A DNA stretch of 55,244 bases from Octopus bimaculoides. Lineage: Eukaryota. The stretch spans positions 159,449,343 to 159,504,586 of the forward strand of contig NC_068983.1 in the NCBI RefSeq assembly GCF_001194135.2, in the 5' to 3' direction. Shown here one piece after another: positions 25,904 through 40,447 of this stretch. How positions within the stretch are numbered: position 1 is the stretch's first letter; each line of letters starts with the position of its first letter. The notes beneath the pieces are model-generated. The model saw nothing but the letters and a program-made list of their open reading frames with translations, did not search any database and was not told the origin of the DNA. Both the position numbers and the translations under genes were made by a program.

Positions 25904-26062
25904 GTACTACTCATTTTTACCAGCTGAGTGGACTGGAGCAACGTGAAATAAAGTTTCTTACTCAAGGAAATTGAAATCACGATCTTGTGATCGACTTAAC
26001 CACTAAGTCACTCGCCTTAACCACTAAGCCACTCCCTTAGCCACTAAGCCACTCGCCTTCAC
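25904..26062 (-). mobile_element. 5' part of tRNA-derived SINE (family of 37142-37483) with triplicated head
   Basis: ctcatttttaccagctgagtggactggagcaacgtgaaataaag..tcttactcaag is shared with 37343-37398; then ta(a/g)ccactaag(t/c)cactc x3. Confidence 0.8.
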
Positions 26063-26105
26063 ACACACACGCGCGCGCGCGCGCGCACACACACACATAC
26101 ACACA

Positions 26106-26145
<40 letters not shown>

Positions 26146-26146
26146 T

Positions 26147-26576
26147 ATCGACTAAGTAAACATGATCGACTAAGTAAACAAACGGAATTGGTCTAACTGT
26201 TTTGGACGATAATCCTTCGAGCCATCCTGCAATTGTCCTTCATAGGTGGGATGCTGTGCATCATACTATGTTGCATCAATCTTGCAGTCTGGGTCACATC
26301 AGTTACATTCGTACATAAAGTGGTGTCTTGCTAAAGATCTTGATTTTGGGCAGTGATATTGTTATTTGACTGCTTCATTCAGTTGTTATTTCCCTGAACG
26401 AAAAGGGCAATTAACAACATGACTTCCCAAAAATCAAGCTCTTTAGCGAGACACCTCTGCATGTACGAATGTATCTGATATGACCCAGACTGGAAGATTG
26501 ATGCAGGATGGGTCGAAATGATCGTCGTGCAAAGTAGAGAGTTATACCAATTCCCTCATCTGTTTACTTAATCAAT
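26147..26576. mobile_element. fold-back element D (~430 bp, 11-nt loop)
   Basis: catcaatcttgcagtctgggtcacatcag... pairs with ...ctgatatgacccagactggaagattgatg; loop 26383-26393; ~40-bp insertion in left arm; 18-bp tandem duplication at the left end next to (CA)n. Confidence 0.9.
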
Positions 26577-26725
26577 TATTATCTCAACTAACCCTATGGA
26601 ATTCCCGAAGTAGACCCAAAGGAAATACACCCCAACTGCGGATGACATCAGGCAGCGCAGACTGTTCCAATACTTTGCTCAACACATTAGCACACTAATT
26701 GACGTATACTCATTAGTCCAAAATA

Positions 26726-26779
<54 letters not shown>

Positions 26780-27668
26780 NNNNNNNNNNNNNNNNNNNNN
26801 NNNNNNNNNNNNNNNNNNNNNNNNNNNNNNNNNNNNNNNNNNNNNNNNNNNNNNNNNNNNNNNNNNNNNNNNNNNNNNNNNNNNNNNNNNNNNNNNNNNN
26901 NNNNNNNNNNNNNNNNNNNNNNNNNNNNNNNNNNNNNNNNNNNNNNNNNNNNNNNNNNNNNNNNNNNNNNNNNNNNNNNNNNNNNNNNNNNNNNNNNNNN
27001 NNNNNNNNNNNNNNNNNNNNNNNNNNNNNNNNNNNNNNNNNNNNNNNNNNNNNNNNNNNNNNNNNNNNNNNNNNNNNNNNNNNNNNNNNNNNNNNNNNNN
27101 NNNNNNNNNNNNNNNNNNNNNNNNNNNNNNNNNNNNNNNNNNNNNNNNNNNNNNNNNNNNNNNNNNNNNNNNNNNNNNNNNNNNNNNNNNNNNNNNNNNN
27201 NNNNNNNNNNNNNNNNNNNNNNNNNNNNNNNNNNNNNNNNNNNNNNNNNNNNNNNNNNNNNNNNNNNNNNNNNNNNNNNNNNNNNNNNNNNNNNNNNNNN
27301 NNNNNNNNNNNNNNNNNNNNNNNNNNNNNNNNNNNNNNNNNNNNNNNNNNNNNNNNNNNNNNNNNNNNNNNNNNNNNNNNNNNNNNNNNNNNNNNNNNNN
27401 NNNNNNNNNNNNNNNNNNNNNNNNNNNNNNNNNNNNNNNNNNNNNNNNNNNNNNNNNNNNNNNNNNNNNNNNNNNNNNNNNNNNNNNNNNNNNNNNNNNN
27501 NNNNNNNNNNNNNNNNNNNNNNNNNNNNNNNNNNNNNNNNNNNNNNNNNNNNNNNNNNNNNNNNNNNNNNNNNNNNNNNNNNNNNNNNNNNNNNNNNNNN
27601 NNNNNNNNNNNNNNNNNNNNNNNNNNNNNNNNNNNNNNNNNNNNNNNNNNNNNNNNNNNNNNNNNNNN
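26780..27668. other. assembly gap (N run) between (CA)n and (TA)n
   Basis: N run. Confidence 1.
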
Positions 27669-27713
<45 letters not shown>

Positions 27714-28097
27714 GTACACATACATACATATACGTTTTCATGCCTACACTTGATAAATTGACATTGAACCTAAATATGTATATGATCCATTAAGTTAAAC
27801 AACAGAGATGTATCTAGAATGGGTTCGAAATAGTTGAACTGGTTATCTGTTTATCATCGTTATATATGGATTGTTTACAAATTGTTCATACAAAAGAGGA
27901 AGCAGTTTAATGTTATATAGTAAGATTCAATAAGCAACAGAAGATGGTTTTACTCGTTTGCATTCGCTGGAATAAGTATAAAGTGAAATTAAGTTATGAG
28001 ACAGCTATTTATTATTATACAATCAATTTGTTTGGCTGAGTATGTTTACCAAGCGCCTGCATGTGAACTATACACAATTTGTTCACATGTATAGCTC

Positions 28098-28515
<418 letters not shown>

Positions 28516-31469
28516 GAACAAAGAGAAGAGAAAGAGGAGCAGGAGACAGAGTTATCTGCAGAATAGTAAATGAAAAATTGCATCAAAACAAGATTAATTT
28601 TGAACAGTTACTGATTTGAAAACATAATATTACCTAATATATTTTTTATGAATTGTTTCATTCATTAATTAAAAACCGACAAAGCTTCCAGCTTTGATCG
28701 GTTTTAATCTACTCTGTCCTTCTTCCTCTTCATTTCTAAGATTTGCAGTATAATTTTTTTCATCTTAATACACTCATTCCATCTCATATTCCTTGATAAT
28801 CCCAATAAATCAGTTCATATAGAATTTTTGCATTTTAAGAGAAGAGTTAAAATTGAAAAGATTAATATTTCAGTTATGTTATTCTGTTTTTGCAGTGATT
28901 TTACCTTGGTGTAAAACGGATGAAACACGTACATACTATTTCCTCAAAATTAACTTGCAAATATTATTTTTCACAGCTAAATTAACGTGTTTATTAATAC
29001 ATCTTTGTTCATCACGTTCAGAACAAATTCTTCTCCTTTACAACACTTTTAGGATGCTACCTTCATATCTGCTATAATATATTAATCTTTTATAACATAC
29101 TTATATGAACGACATTTAAATTTAATCTAACACTGAATAGTCCGAATTTGTATCTTCCACTTAACCAAAAAGCAATTACCAAACGTGACAAAAATATGGA
29201 ATAAAAGGTTTTCGCAAAAATTTTGTACTCTATATTCAATTCAAACCTATTTTTTGAAGTTATACAACGCATGGCAATGTTTGGGAGTGACTGAGGCATT
29301 AAGACAGTTAGCTGTTAGATAATCTAATTCCTATTCTTTTATTAGTAGCACAATGGTAAGATGAATAATCCTGCGAGAGAAGTTGTAGCGCTATTAATAG
29401 TTAGTTGGCACCAACGTAATGACATCAAATAAGAACAGTACTAATTTCAGCAGACTGTTGTAAACACCGTGTCTAGCTGTGGAAAAAGAAAAAAAATATC
29501 CACTATATTCTATTTATTGCTGAGGAAATCTGTTGAGGTACCTATATCAGGCATCATGTTAGCTACTTGACATGCTGGAGGGGAATCACAAACGCAACAG
29601 AAATGACGTTTGCTGCCTTAGAAATCAGACAGCATTTATTTTTTTAGTTAGGGGGATTAGTTGATTGCTCTCGAGTTCATTACGTCACTAGTACTTGAAG
29701 AATTAATCTGAATGCGATTTGAACTCATATTTAGTAGTTAGTCTGCTGAAAACAGCCATTGAGTTGCAATCATTTCAGAACTATATATAACATGTATTAA
29801 TACTTGGTGTGCATCAAAAATAGTATGCTAATATGGTTGTATAAGTATCTTGTATTATATTTAGTAAATATAATATAGGTACGAAAAATTGGTCAAAATG
29901 CTTTGCTGTAGTAATTTTAGATACGCTGAAGGGCAGCTGACTCGTCTATTTTCGTTCTTTTCAAATATATATAAAAAAAGATGTAAATAAAATGAATGCT
30001 ATTTTAAATTCATTACTTACTTCTGAAGAATTTACCTCAGTGTACTGGAATACCGACTCGTTGCTAAGTGTGTTCTACATTCTAAAAGTCATTTGACTGA
30101 TATTTTTATAAAGTGAAACAGATAACATGCCTTCAACATTAGAATATATGTCTTTTAGAACTCCAAACAAAGAAGGATGCTAGGAAAGGGTCTATTTTCT
30201 ACGTTTAGAATTTAGAAGCGAAAATAGTAAGGTAAACTACTGATGTAACAAAACTGATGTGTCAAACTTGGTTTCGATGCAGGTTTATTTCACTTGTAAA
30301 ATTACTATCCATAGAAAATATGGTAACCGTAAAGGAGTCTCCACTCAGCCACTTAATGTAACAAAAATCTTCATATCACATCCTACCGCCCCAAAAAGGG
30401 ATACAAATACAGTAGATAAACTAATCATGGATACACAAGTGGTCAGGATGATCACAACTGGAATAATATTTGTCGCAGGTTTTCTCAATCAATGATGACC
30501 TGAGACTAGACAACAACATGAACATCACAGTAGTTATTGATCCTAATCCTAAATTATCAAACATTTGTGCTTCATAAAAAGTAGACCATTAAAAAAGAAA
30601 AAAATTCTACATGGATCGATATAGCACCAACTGTATTACACAAGGTTTAGAGACACAGTTTATTTTTAAAACAAGGAAAATCAGTTTTAGATAGCGAGAA
30701 TTGGAACTTAGGTTCAATTTTTTTTCGTTTTCACTTTTTTTCAATCAATATGTTATTTTTAATTGGAAATAAGCTTGAATCGAAATTCATTAAAAGCTGA
30801 AATCAATACATGAATTTATTAGATTATAGAAATTCAATTCCAGCTGAAATTTGATTTTTAGTCTTTAAAATCTGTACCGATCGTTCTCCAGTCCTCGATT
30901 CAAATTTATGAAAGTGTCAAAATAAAATTTCGAACTGACCCCCTCTACATATAAAAAGAATTGAATTTGAATTTAAATTTCTTTCTCTGAGAGAAATTGA
31001 TTAGATATACATTGATTGGTATGATTAATGCGAAATGACCTTAAATCTGAATTTTTTTCGTTATTTCATACGTAGATCGAACACAAAAAAATTATATCGA
31101 AGAAAAGTTTTCGAAGAAATTAGAAATCAAATAGCTGAATAACGTATGTGCTATTTTAGTGTGTGCAATACTTCACATATTCATCGAAGCAAATGATGCT
31201 ATCATATTTTGAAGGCAATGAAAGAAATTCCATTTCCACACAGGTGTTTAATGACATTTGAAGTGTAAATTCACTTACAAAAGCACATATTTTTGCTACA
31301 CATTCAAATGGAAAAACTGCATGTTTTAGCAAGTAAAATATGGGGCATTATATTGATGACGAAAGCAGCCTGCATTTATCAAATCAATAGGATATTTGTT
31401 GCGGAATGGCATTTAACGCCGTTTCGTTTAAAAATACGGAAATCGACTACATACGTTTCTCCTATTTAC

Positions 31470-31495
31470 GTTATGTATGTATGTATGTATGTGAG

Positions 31496-31544
<49 letters not shown>

Positions 31545-31554
31545 NNNNNNNNNN

Positions 31555-31602
<48 letters not shown>

Positions 31603-31632
31603 ATATCTTTATATTTATGTATATATATATAT
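31470..31632. repeat. (TATG)n/(TA)n/(GT)n microsatellite with 10-N gap (31545-31554)
   Basis: Direct reading. Confidence 0.9.
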
Positions 31633-34113
31633 AAAATCACAAACACCATGAGAATAATCCAGTTATGGCAAAAACGCGTTAGATGTTATTGATTCACGTA
31701 GATATCAATAATGTCTTTGATATCGCTCAAGTAAACCACATTCATTAATGTTTTTTTTATGTTTAATAACACAATGTAGCATTCTCCAGCATTCAGCGAT
31801 TTAATTACATTTGTAATGGCTGAAATCCAAAGAAATCTAGTTTCAATAAAGAATAGAGATGAAATAGTGTAAAATAGGATAGCATACTGAATAGCAGCTT
31901 ATATAAGTCTTATGGTGAGTGCTTTCAAGCAAAGCATAAAGACCACGAACTAAGGAAGCAGCTTCTAGGCAGAAGCTTCTGCTTTAGCGCTTGTTCGTTA
32001 TGCTTTGTAATAGAAATAGCAGTCAGATCGCCTTTCAGACACACTCAACCGTTTAGAAGATAGGAAGAACATATTTAAAGAAGGGGGTCTTTGATATATA
32101 AATAAGATGCGATATCCCCAGCTAGAGCTTAATATATCATACGTCTGCGCAATCAAAACTAACATGGCAGGTCAACAACATAAACAAGTGTAAAGCCCAA
32201 CCGAGAACAACGTGGTTTCAGGTTTCGAGAGGATTTCATTTCAATTTTAGTTATATGACAATTTATTATGTATTTATGTCTTTTGTAATTCAGTATTTGA
32301 CAAGAGGAGTACTTGGTAAGAGGAAATTCTAAAAGAGAAGGTGAATCTGTTTCTTTCCGAAAACATTTTGGTACCAGATTTTCAACACAGACTTTTCTGA
32401 CTTGTTCAGTTGTGGTCACTGCCTCAGTGCAACGCTAATGGCAACTTATAGGTTACCCGATTGAAGCCAACATTTTTCCACTTGCACAACCCTCGATCTT
32501 GTTAAAATATAGTTTCCTGCTTCTAAGCTGTGAAACCTTTAGAACAAGTTAAAGATAAAGCACTATTGATTACTTTTGTTGGAACATGGATACTCATTTG
32601 GTATGTAGTTGTGTGGGGACAGTAGATGTACCTTGTCTACTCATGTATGTTCTGATACTTATTGTATCGATTTATCGACTTTCGGGTAATGGAAGACAAA
32701 GCACCAAAAGGATCCGAAATCGGAGCGGGGAGTAGCAAAACTTCAAAATATTACGTATTTAGTTAAGTACTCTGCAAGTATTTTGCCATTCAACCGTCCT
32801 ACTCACATTCATAATATTAGTAAACAACTATGAAGTTAAAAAAAGAAGTGTAAGAACTAAACACAGAAACAAAAAAAGAAAACAAAGTTGTGTCTAAAAA
32901 CATACTGCAGACGATCAGAACGACCTGTCAGGTTAAATCTATCTGTAAAGAGGCGGTGTAAATATGTTGTTAAACAGCTTAAAGCTGTGTTTCTTTTCTT
33001 ACTCTGTAGCGTAGTGCTGTACGTGCTTAATATCTATAGTTCAAAATAAACAAGTATGTTTTTATTGTTACATTGTATCTCCATCAGTCCAATCACAATG
33101 GTAAAACACCGAGTTACTGAGACTATGCAAACAAGACTTTCGTGCGCACAGTTCCTAAACAGTAAACGATGAAATAATACACTATAAAGAAGAGGTGTTT
33201 TATCCTAAGGCAGGATATTTTTAGACTTTTTTTTTAGGAATTCTTCGGTTTTATTATCTATTCAGTCATCAAAACAACCGGAGTATAATTGTCTCTTTCA
33301 TATGTGTTAAAGCAGTTTTTGGTAGATTGATTTACTATGTCACCTTTTCAGAATTTTTTTCTATTCCACATATATTGAAAAATAAATGGTAAAATCATTT
33401 AGGTACATCACAAAACCAATAATTTTTTCTTTTCCATTAAAAAAACAAAAAAAACAAAAAAGCTGGTAGATGTAAGTCATCTGAAAACGGGATTCCTGAG
33501 CTGATTCCCAGGTGGATAAGTTTTTATTTTACATTTGTCCTTTGAAAAGTATTTAATCTATCTGTTATGAATCCTAGGAATTCATTTACCATTTCATACG
33601 AAAGCTACAGGAGATTATGCTAGTCTATCGCAGACAATTTTCCTACAAAAGTCTGATACATTTTGCCCGCAATAAGATAAATTGAGTTTTCCCGCAAAAG
33701 CAAAAAGGTACGTGCATCAGATTTGAACTTACAAATAAGCAACCATATCCATTTGGCTATTTTGGTGGTTCTGTTATTTCCACTAATATCTAAAGTTTCG
33801 TGTCACGCATTCTTACTTTTACTTTGTCTCTCTTCTTATTGTTGCTTGATTAATCTTATATCTTAGAGTTTCTGAATTATGTGTAGCAGTTAGCCTTCTT
33901 GTCTACCCATAGTTTTGACTAAAGCACCGACCAATTACAAGAGAGCAGTCGAAATCCATAGATGGGCGAAGAAATGTTTTGTGGTACATAATTAGATAAT
34001 TTGTTTATGTCATGGGCATCAATATTACTTTTGCCCACGTTCTATTGAATGTTTGGAGGGAAAATGTTTTTCTTTTGTATATCTAGCTCTATGAAAACCG
34101 TGACTGAGTAGGG

Positions 34114-34116
<3 letters not shown>

Positions 34117-34196
<80 letters not shown>

Positions 34197-34216
34197 GAGA
34201 GAGAGAGAAGGAGAGA
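34117..34216. repeat. (GA)n microsatellite
   Basis: Direct reading. Confidence 0.95.
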
Positions 34217-35285
34217 GATAAAGACAGAATGAGAGATGGTAAACAAACGCTTTATAACATTACGTAGTAAGATACTCCTAGCCCATGCAGATATTGCTAA
34301 CCGAGTCCTTAGCAAATAGGATATTTCATGGTGTGAGAGCTGTGTAATTCACAAGACTTGTTGCTGTTGCTATTGCTAAATAGTGCTTGGTCAACTCTGA
34401 TCAAACGGTCATATGAGATGCAGGTAGACGGCCAAATGGCTAGGTATAGTTTATCTATTTTGTTTACAAAATGCTTTAACCTAACTGTGTACTACATTGT
34501 ACACTCATATAGAGATAAATCATATGAGACAATATGATACTGGACATGTAGTTCTATGTGGTTGTTTAATTCCAGCAGAAGTTTAACTAACCAATCAATG
34601 AATAAAAAGTATTCCAAATATGACTGGCCCTTTACTGTAAAGCTATCCTAGGCAACATTATTTGGTGTATTCTCCTTTGTTTAAGACGGCAAGGATTGAT
34701 TTGGAGGAAATTTGGTTGCAATTTCTTGGAATATCTAGCGATCGTATGCGATTTCGTAGCTGGCTCGGGTATACTTATTGTTGTTGTTTAACCCCAGATT
34801 AAACTGATTAAGCAGCCTTGCGACGAAAGGCGATCTAGTAGGAATCACCCATCTCAGACAACAATCACCCAAAGAGTCTTAGGTTTTGAAGATGGTAGGA
34901 TGGAAGTTGAAAATTATTTGGCTGCTATTTTTAGTAGCTAGCTCTCCTTATGGAAACTACAGTAAAGGTGAGAAAGGGGTTTGGCCAGATTATGCCACCT
35001 GCTGTTCGTCTGCACTATTTATTATTGGCGGCGTCAACATTTCAGCTCACTGTTGAGGGCTAACAAAGCTATTTTCGTGAATAAGTTTGGAGGTAATTTT
35101 CCATGGAATAATAGGTAATATATGATACAGAATTTGTTTTAGCAAGAAGAAAAAAAAGTACCACTCGCAAGTCCAGAAAGTCTTTCATTTTAAGAGGTGT
35201 TTTGTTTCGTTGTGTATTGATGAAATATGTGTACAATCCTTGTACACATATTTCGTGTTAAACAAATGAGTCGTGTTAAACAAAT

Positions 35286-35400
35286 GAGGATTCCAGATGG
35301 AGCTATAATAATCTAAGATGGATTTAACACATTCTTTATAGGCCATTTTTGTGAATTTTACCTGTTGGCCAAATACCGTACCTATGAGCAATCTAAGCAC
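35286..35400 (-). mobile_element. CR1/L2-like LINE fragment (post-RT region)
   Basis: KMAYKECVKSILDYYSSIWNPH matches the AYK..VRP.LEY.S.IWNPH motif. Confidence 0.7.
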
Positions 35401-35853
35401 TTTGATGTGTCATTTTGTTGTTACGATATTCCTATGTCTGTTCTTGTTGTGGGAGGATCCTGACCACACCCACGAGACCAAAAGTGGACAGACAGATTTC
35501 AATAAAATAAAGAAACTGTGTGAACAGTCGGCAGTTGACAGCGGGCAGTTGACAGTGGGCAGTTGAAAATATTAATTCTGCGAAAAGTTAAACTAGATAG
35601 CCATATCCAAATATTTATTTGGGTAATACTATTCCTACACCCTTGTGTATACCCCAACGTCGTCATAACACTATTGGCGACGAGATATTCAAACCCCTCG
35701 AAGACATAACAGTTCTGAAAGTTGTCTTTGTTTCTAATTTCCAGTCTTATTTTGCGAGTGTTTGGCATGTTTATGTGGTTGACATGTGATAGTTGATTAT
35801 ATCTGATATGTTATGTTGTTGGTAAAGGACACAATAAATTTAGGTGTGACTTT

Positions 35854-36534
35854 AAGTGTGTCGGCTTTTACTACAACGAGAGTAAGACAGAGTTTATCAC
35901 GACCTCCAAGTTAACTGAACTTAAACCGCTCAATAATATGTCAGTCAAAAACGTTGACGACTTCAAATATCTTCGATCACACATAGTGGACTTCCAAAAG
36001 GACTTTCGCATCCGCAAAGCTCTTGCTTGGGATGCATGTAACAAATTTGATAAGATCTGGCGCACAAACCATCCACCCACGCTAAAAGGTAAAATATTTA
36101 GAACACTGATTGAGCCGGTCCTTCTCTAGGAATCAGAGACCTGGACCTTATCGTCTCTCTTAGAAAAACAACTAGATGGAATATATACCAACCTGCTCAG
36201 AAAGATACAGAACATCAGTACATCAGTTGGAGATCACACCCAAAACTTAGTAACATCTACGGAAATCTCATACCAATATCCCTCAAGAAAAAAACGGCTA
36301 CAATTTGCTGGTCACTGTCATCGAGCAGAGAAAGATGTTATCTTATCCCTGCTCCTATGGCATCCTTCTAGAAGTGTTTTCTCCAGGAAACTGACATTTC
36401 CAGATACTATATCTCGGGACTCAGGGCTGGATATTAGAGATCTGAACATAGCAATGTAGAACCGTGTAGTGTGGAAAGGGATTGTCAATGGCGTACCGAC
36501 CAACCATAGGTTGCTCAAAGGATGATGATGATGA
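35854..36534 (+). mobile_element. RTE-clade LINE 3' end with (GAT)n tail
   Basis: VGFYYNESKTEF...VDDFKYLRSHI..DFRIRKALAWDACNKFDKIW...IFRTLIEPVLL*ESETWTL...KRLQFAGHCHRA...LLLWHP...FPDTISRDSGL; ends gatgatgatgatga. Confidence 0.9.
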
Positions 36535-37141
36535 AGTGTGTTGTTTATAAGTCAAATTTCAATATAATTGGAATAGTTGAAAAGCTTTTTCTGACGAATA
36601 TTGGGAGGAGTTAAATATGAGGCTGTGCAGTGCATATATCTCGACAAATGTGAAATTCGTATGAGAATTTGTTTGAAAAGTGTGCATTATAAAATAGATC
36701 ATTGTGATACTCGCTTCTGGAAAGTGCAAATTCCAGGACTGTTGGTTTCTATACTTTATATAAGCTTATTGACCAGATAGGCAATCGGGGAATAACTGCT
36801 GCAAAATTTGTCAAAGAGCTGTTATTTTGTGTACAAAAATGCGAACAGAGCCAATGCTTTCTTGTGAAAGGTTCGAAACAGAACAGTGACTGAATCCATG
36901 TTGTGATTCAGAGATGAGAATGAGTTACTGATGTCACGAATGAGCCTCTCTAAACATGTTTTGAAGGTGTTAATAAAAAGGTGATGGGACTGTGAGATAC
37001 TACTTGAAATTTCTTTGGACATTAGAATTGTTGCAATTATCCTCCACCACAGCGTCGATGACGCATTTATTTTTAGATCAGTTGTGCTGTACCCAGAAAG
37101 TTCGGTTACGTTTCTCAGCCACGCACGTTTAAGAACACATC

Positions 37142-37483
37142 AAGGGTAAAGACCTCCTTCGGTCATCAATGACAATGGGATTACACCTAGAAAGTTACCC
37201 TCCGAGGAACAAGTCCAGGGTATGGTTGTTTATGGAAGACCAGCAGTCGCCCATGCATACCAGCCTCCCCTCTCCACTCCACCGATGTTATGTAAGGAAA
37301 AGGCGAAGACCGATTACAGCGTGGCACCAGTGACGTCGTAACTCATTTCTACAGCTGAATGAACTAGAGCAACGTGAAATAAAGTGTCTTACTCAAGAAC
37401 ACAACGTAGAACTCGGTTCGGGAATAGAATTCACTACCTCATGATTATGAGCCCGACGCTCTAACCACTGAGCCATGCGTTTT
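37142..37483 (-). mobile_element. full-length tRNA-derived SINE with RTE-like tail
   Basis: Reverse-complemented head (gcatggctcagtggttagagcgtcgggc...gtgaattctattcccg), central gctctagttcattcagctgtagaaatgag, and 3' gcgactgctggtcttccataaacaacc... Confidence 0.85.
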
Positions 37484-40089
37484 CAGTTTTCACTCCTTCT
37501 TTCCTGTCCTCATATAAGAGTCATTCACACGCATTCCTGATATATTTCATTATATTTCATTGTGTTGCTTCCAACAATTTAGGTATGTTCTTATAAACTC
37601 AAAACATGATAAATGCACATACTTTGAAAAATATCACGTAACACTATATAATTTTGCTGCTCATAAATAATACGTAGGTAAAAACCATCAAACAGCTCAC
37701 AGAATTTAGACCACTCAACCGATAATGATATTTCATGATGTCTACACATCTATCACATTGTTGAAACTACTTCTTCAGAGACAGAAAATACTTCAGCCCT
37801 CCCCTGATCAATAGCTGCTCCTGTGTAATGCACAAGTGTGATTCATAACAGATTATGAATTGGGGACCCAGCGATACTTCTACATATTGAAGCACATATA
37901 AAAACAATCCGGCACATTTGAAAAATCTCCCTCACATGATATTAACATGATATAACCACCGGCTCATAGTTTCGTAGTAGCCTTTCCTGCCTCTTCCCCT
38001 ATGCTGTCGCTAAGTCTTCTCTTCTGAGCTTGTAAGTTGTGTATCCTCTGAATCTAAACCTCTTGTTACACTTATCTCTCCAACAAAGCTCGAAGTTGAG
38101 TGGGTGAGTTACGTTATCTACAATGATCTTAGCACATGTCTCTCTCTTTTTCAGAAAAAAACCCACCAAGAACAAAAAACAATAACATAAACAAAACAAA
38201 TAAAAAAACTGGAATATTTGACCTAAATTAAGGAAAACAGTACAAAGAGTTACATGAATCACAGCTAGTAAATATAAAAGCCATTTGTTGTCTGCTAGGG
38301 TAGCCACGCAAGCATACATAAGGTACGGATTAATTGAATCCACAATTGTATTGCGGTTTTCGGCGGAAGTCAGTTCAATAAATTCTAATTCTAATGTTGA
38401 TTGGAAAGTCATGAACATTCTGTGTACATATGAGTTCGTGTTGGAGTTAGTGTACAATATAGCTTCTGTTCTTGTATACATATGTTTGTGTTCATTGAAG
38501 TACACTTCAATAAAGATTTTCGGTATATATTGAACCCAGATATAATTGCTTTTGAATGTTCATTTCATCAACGGGCCAAATCGTTTCGTTTTAATACACA
38601 TAAAAGAGACTCCACAAATTTTATAGTTTTAGATGATTATTTATAACTCATTTTGTTTCATTAGTTAATACAATTCTAATTCAATAGAAGATTAAAGGCG
38701 AAGGATTTGAACATACTGAACCTAGTTTTGCACTCATCCCTATTCATCACTTTACTATTCAACTGGCAATGCTTCGAAACTGCAGGCAAAAATATTCAAC
38801 AGCTGTTAGAGTCAATTACTGTAGATTTATATAGTTTTATATTATTAAAGAATAGCGTGATCGATTGATACATTTCTACAAATCTTAAAGTCTTTTGTTC
38901 AAATATCTGGAATAACAATTAAAATTAGATTTGACTCGATTGCTATAATAAAATCCACGTTTTCAATTGCTTGTTTGAGAGAATGAAGATAAAAGCAGTA
39001 GGTGATGGGTATACTTAATTCTCAAGTGTACTTTCAAAAAAGAAGTAAATAAATGTAGGGATAATTGGAATGAGAAAATGAATATGAATGTATAAGCGTT
39101 ATCTTTTGTGAATCTTAGCCTATGAGCAATGGAATAATTCATTAGATTTTCAATGAATTATTTTTTTGAATATTATCGATTTTATATAATTCCCCCCAAA
39201 ATTCACTTCTCTATAAAACTAATATCACTTTGTACTCCATGATAAATAGTTACATACTAACTTGTATGTAATCACAGCCGGAAGTATCCCAGTACAATTT
39301 TTCTTATTTTCTGTATTATCCAACGCTGAAATTTTCTCCAGGTGAAAGTAACTAAAAAATCAGAAATTGATAACCAATTTCTTCTAAAGTCTGGCGTCTA
39401 TTTGTCGGTAAAAATATAACAATTTAATTCGATTGAAATATAACAAAAACATCTTGCGCAATCTTGATAATATGCTAAAAAGTTTAATTTAATTTCAAAT
39501 TAAAAGCCAATTATACAGCATCGAACATTTAAAAGTGATGGATGCCAACATTGGTACAGGTTCTATTGTAGATTAGATGTAAATTCTATTAATATACGTA
39601 AACTACCTTAATACTGCCAATGTTCCTGCCATTTTAAAATTATTGTTGTTGTCACTCCCGATCAAATATATTTTTCGAATTTGATCTTTATCTTTTTCGA
39701 CTGCGAGGTATGATATTTGGCAGCGAACGAGTGAAGTGGATAGCTGAGGTAGCTGGCGAACATGATTATCATTTTTGCTGCGAGATAGCGATAAAATTTT
39801 AGGCAACATGAATATCAGTCACGCGCATCGAGAAAAGCATTGTCGCTGAGAATTTTCTTTCCTTTTTCAACTTTATTTTTTTTGCTTTCTTTTTTCATTC
39901 CCCACCTACTTTCTAATTTTACTTCTTTCTTTTTTCTTTCTTCCTATCTTTCTTCCCCGTTTTTTCTATCACATGACTTTGTAAATGAACAATCCGGTCA
40001 GTTTATTTTAATGGTCTACGAATGTATACAATGAGTTTCCTTACTGTAGGTGTTGGGAAGACATTCGGCAAAAAATGGAAACTTCTGAT

Positions 40090-40447
40090 CTTAATTGATT
40101 GGAAGTGTTATCATGTACATTGCTTTGTCTTGGTATAAAAGATGGGCTACATGAGTGTTTCGTTCAACATCCTTAAACAAACCTTATTCAGGGATCTTTT
40201 GAGCGGGATGAGCTACCCAGCCTGAAGAAAATTCTAACTAGGCCACACCTGCAAGTTCATGCACTATTTATCTTGATATAAGATCACCATGTCGGGCACA
40301 TGTGGTTGTGATGCATGTGCCTGGTGTACCCTTCTCAGACGGGTAGTCATGATGAGTATACTGGGTTTCGTATAATTGTACCCCAGTTTTACTTTGATGG
40401 CATGCGCTGCTCTCACACTCAATGATAATGATGATGATGATGATGAT
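40090..40447 (+). mobile_element. retroposon 3' end with (AAT/GAT)n tail
   Basis: Non-coding block ending gcatgcgctgctctcacactcaatgataatgatgatg; interspersed-repeat status is from recall only. Confidence 0.5.
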
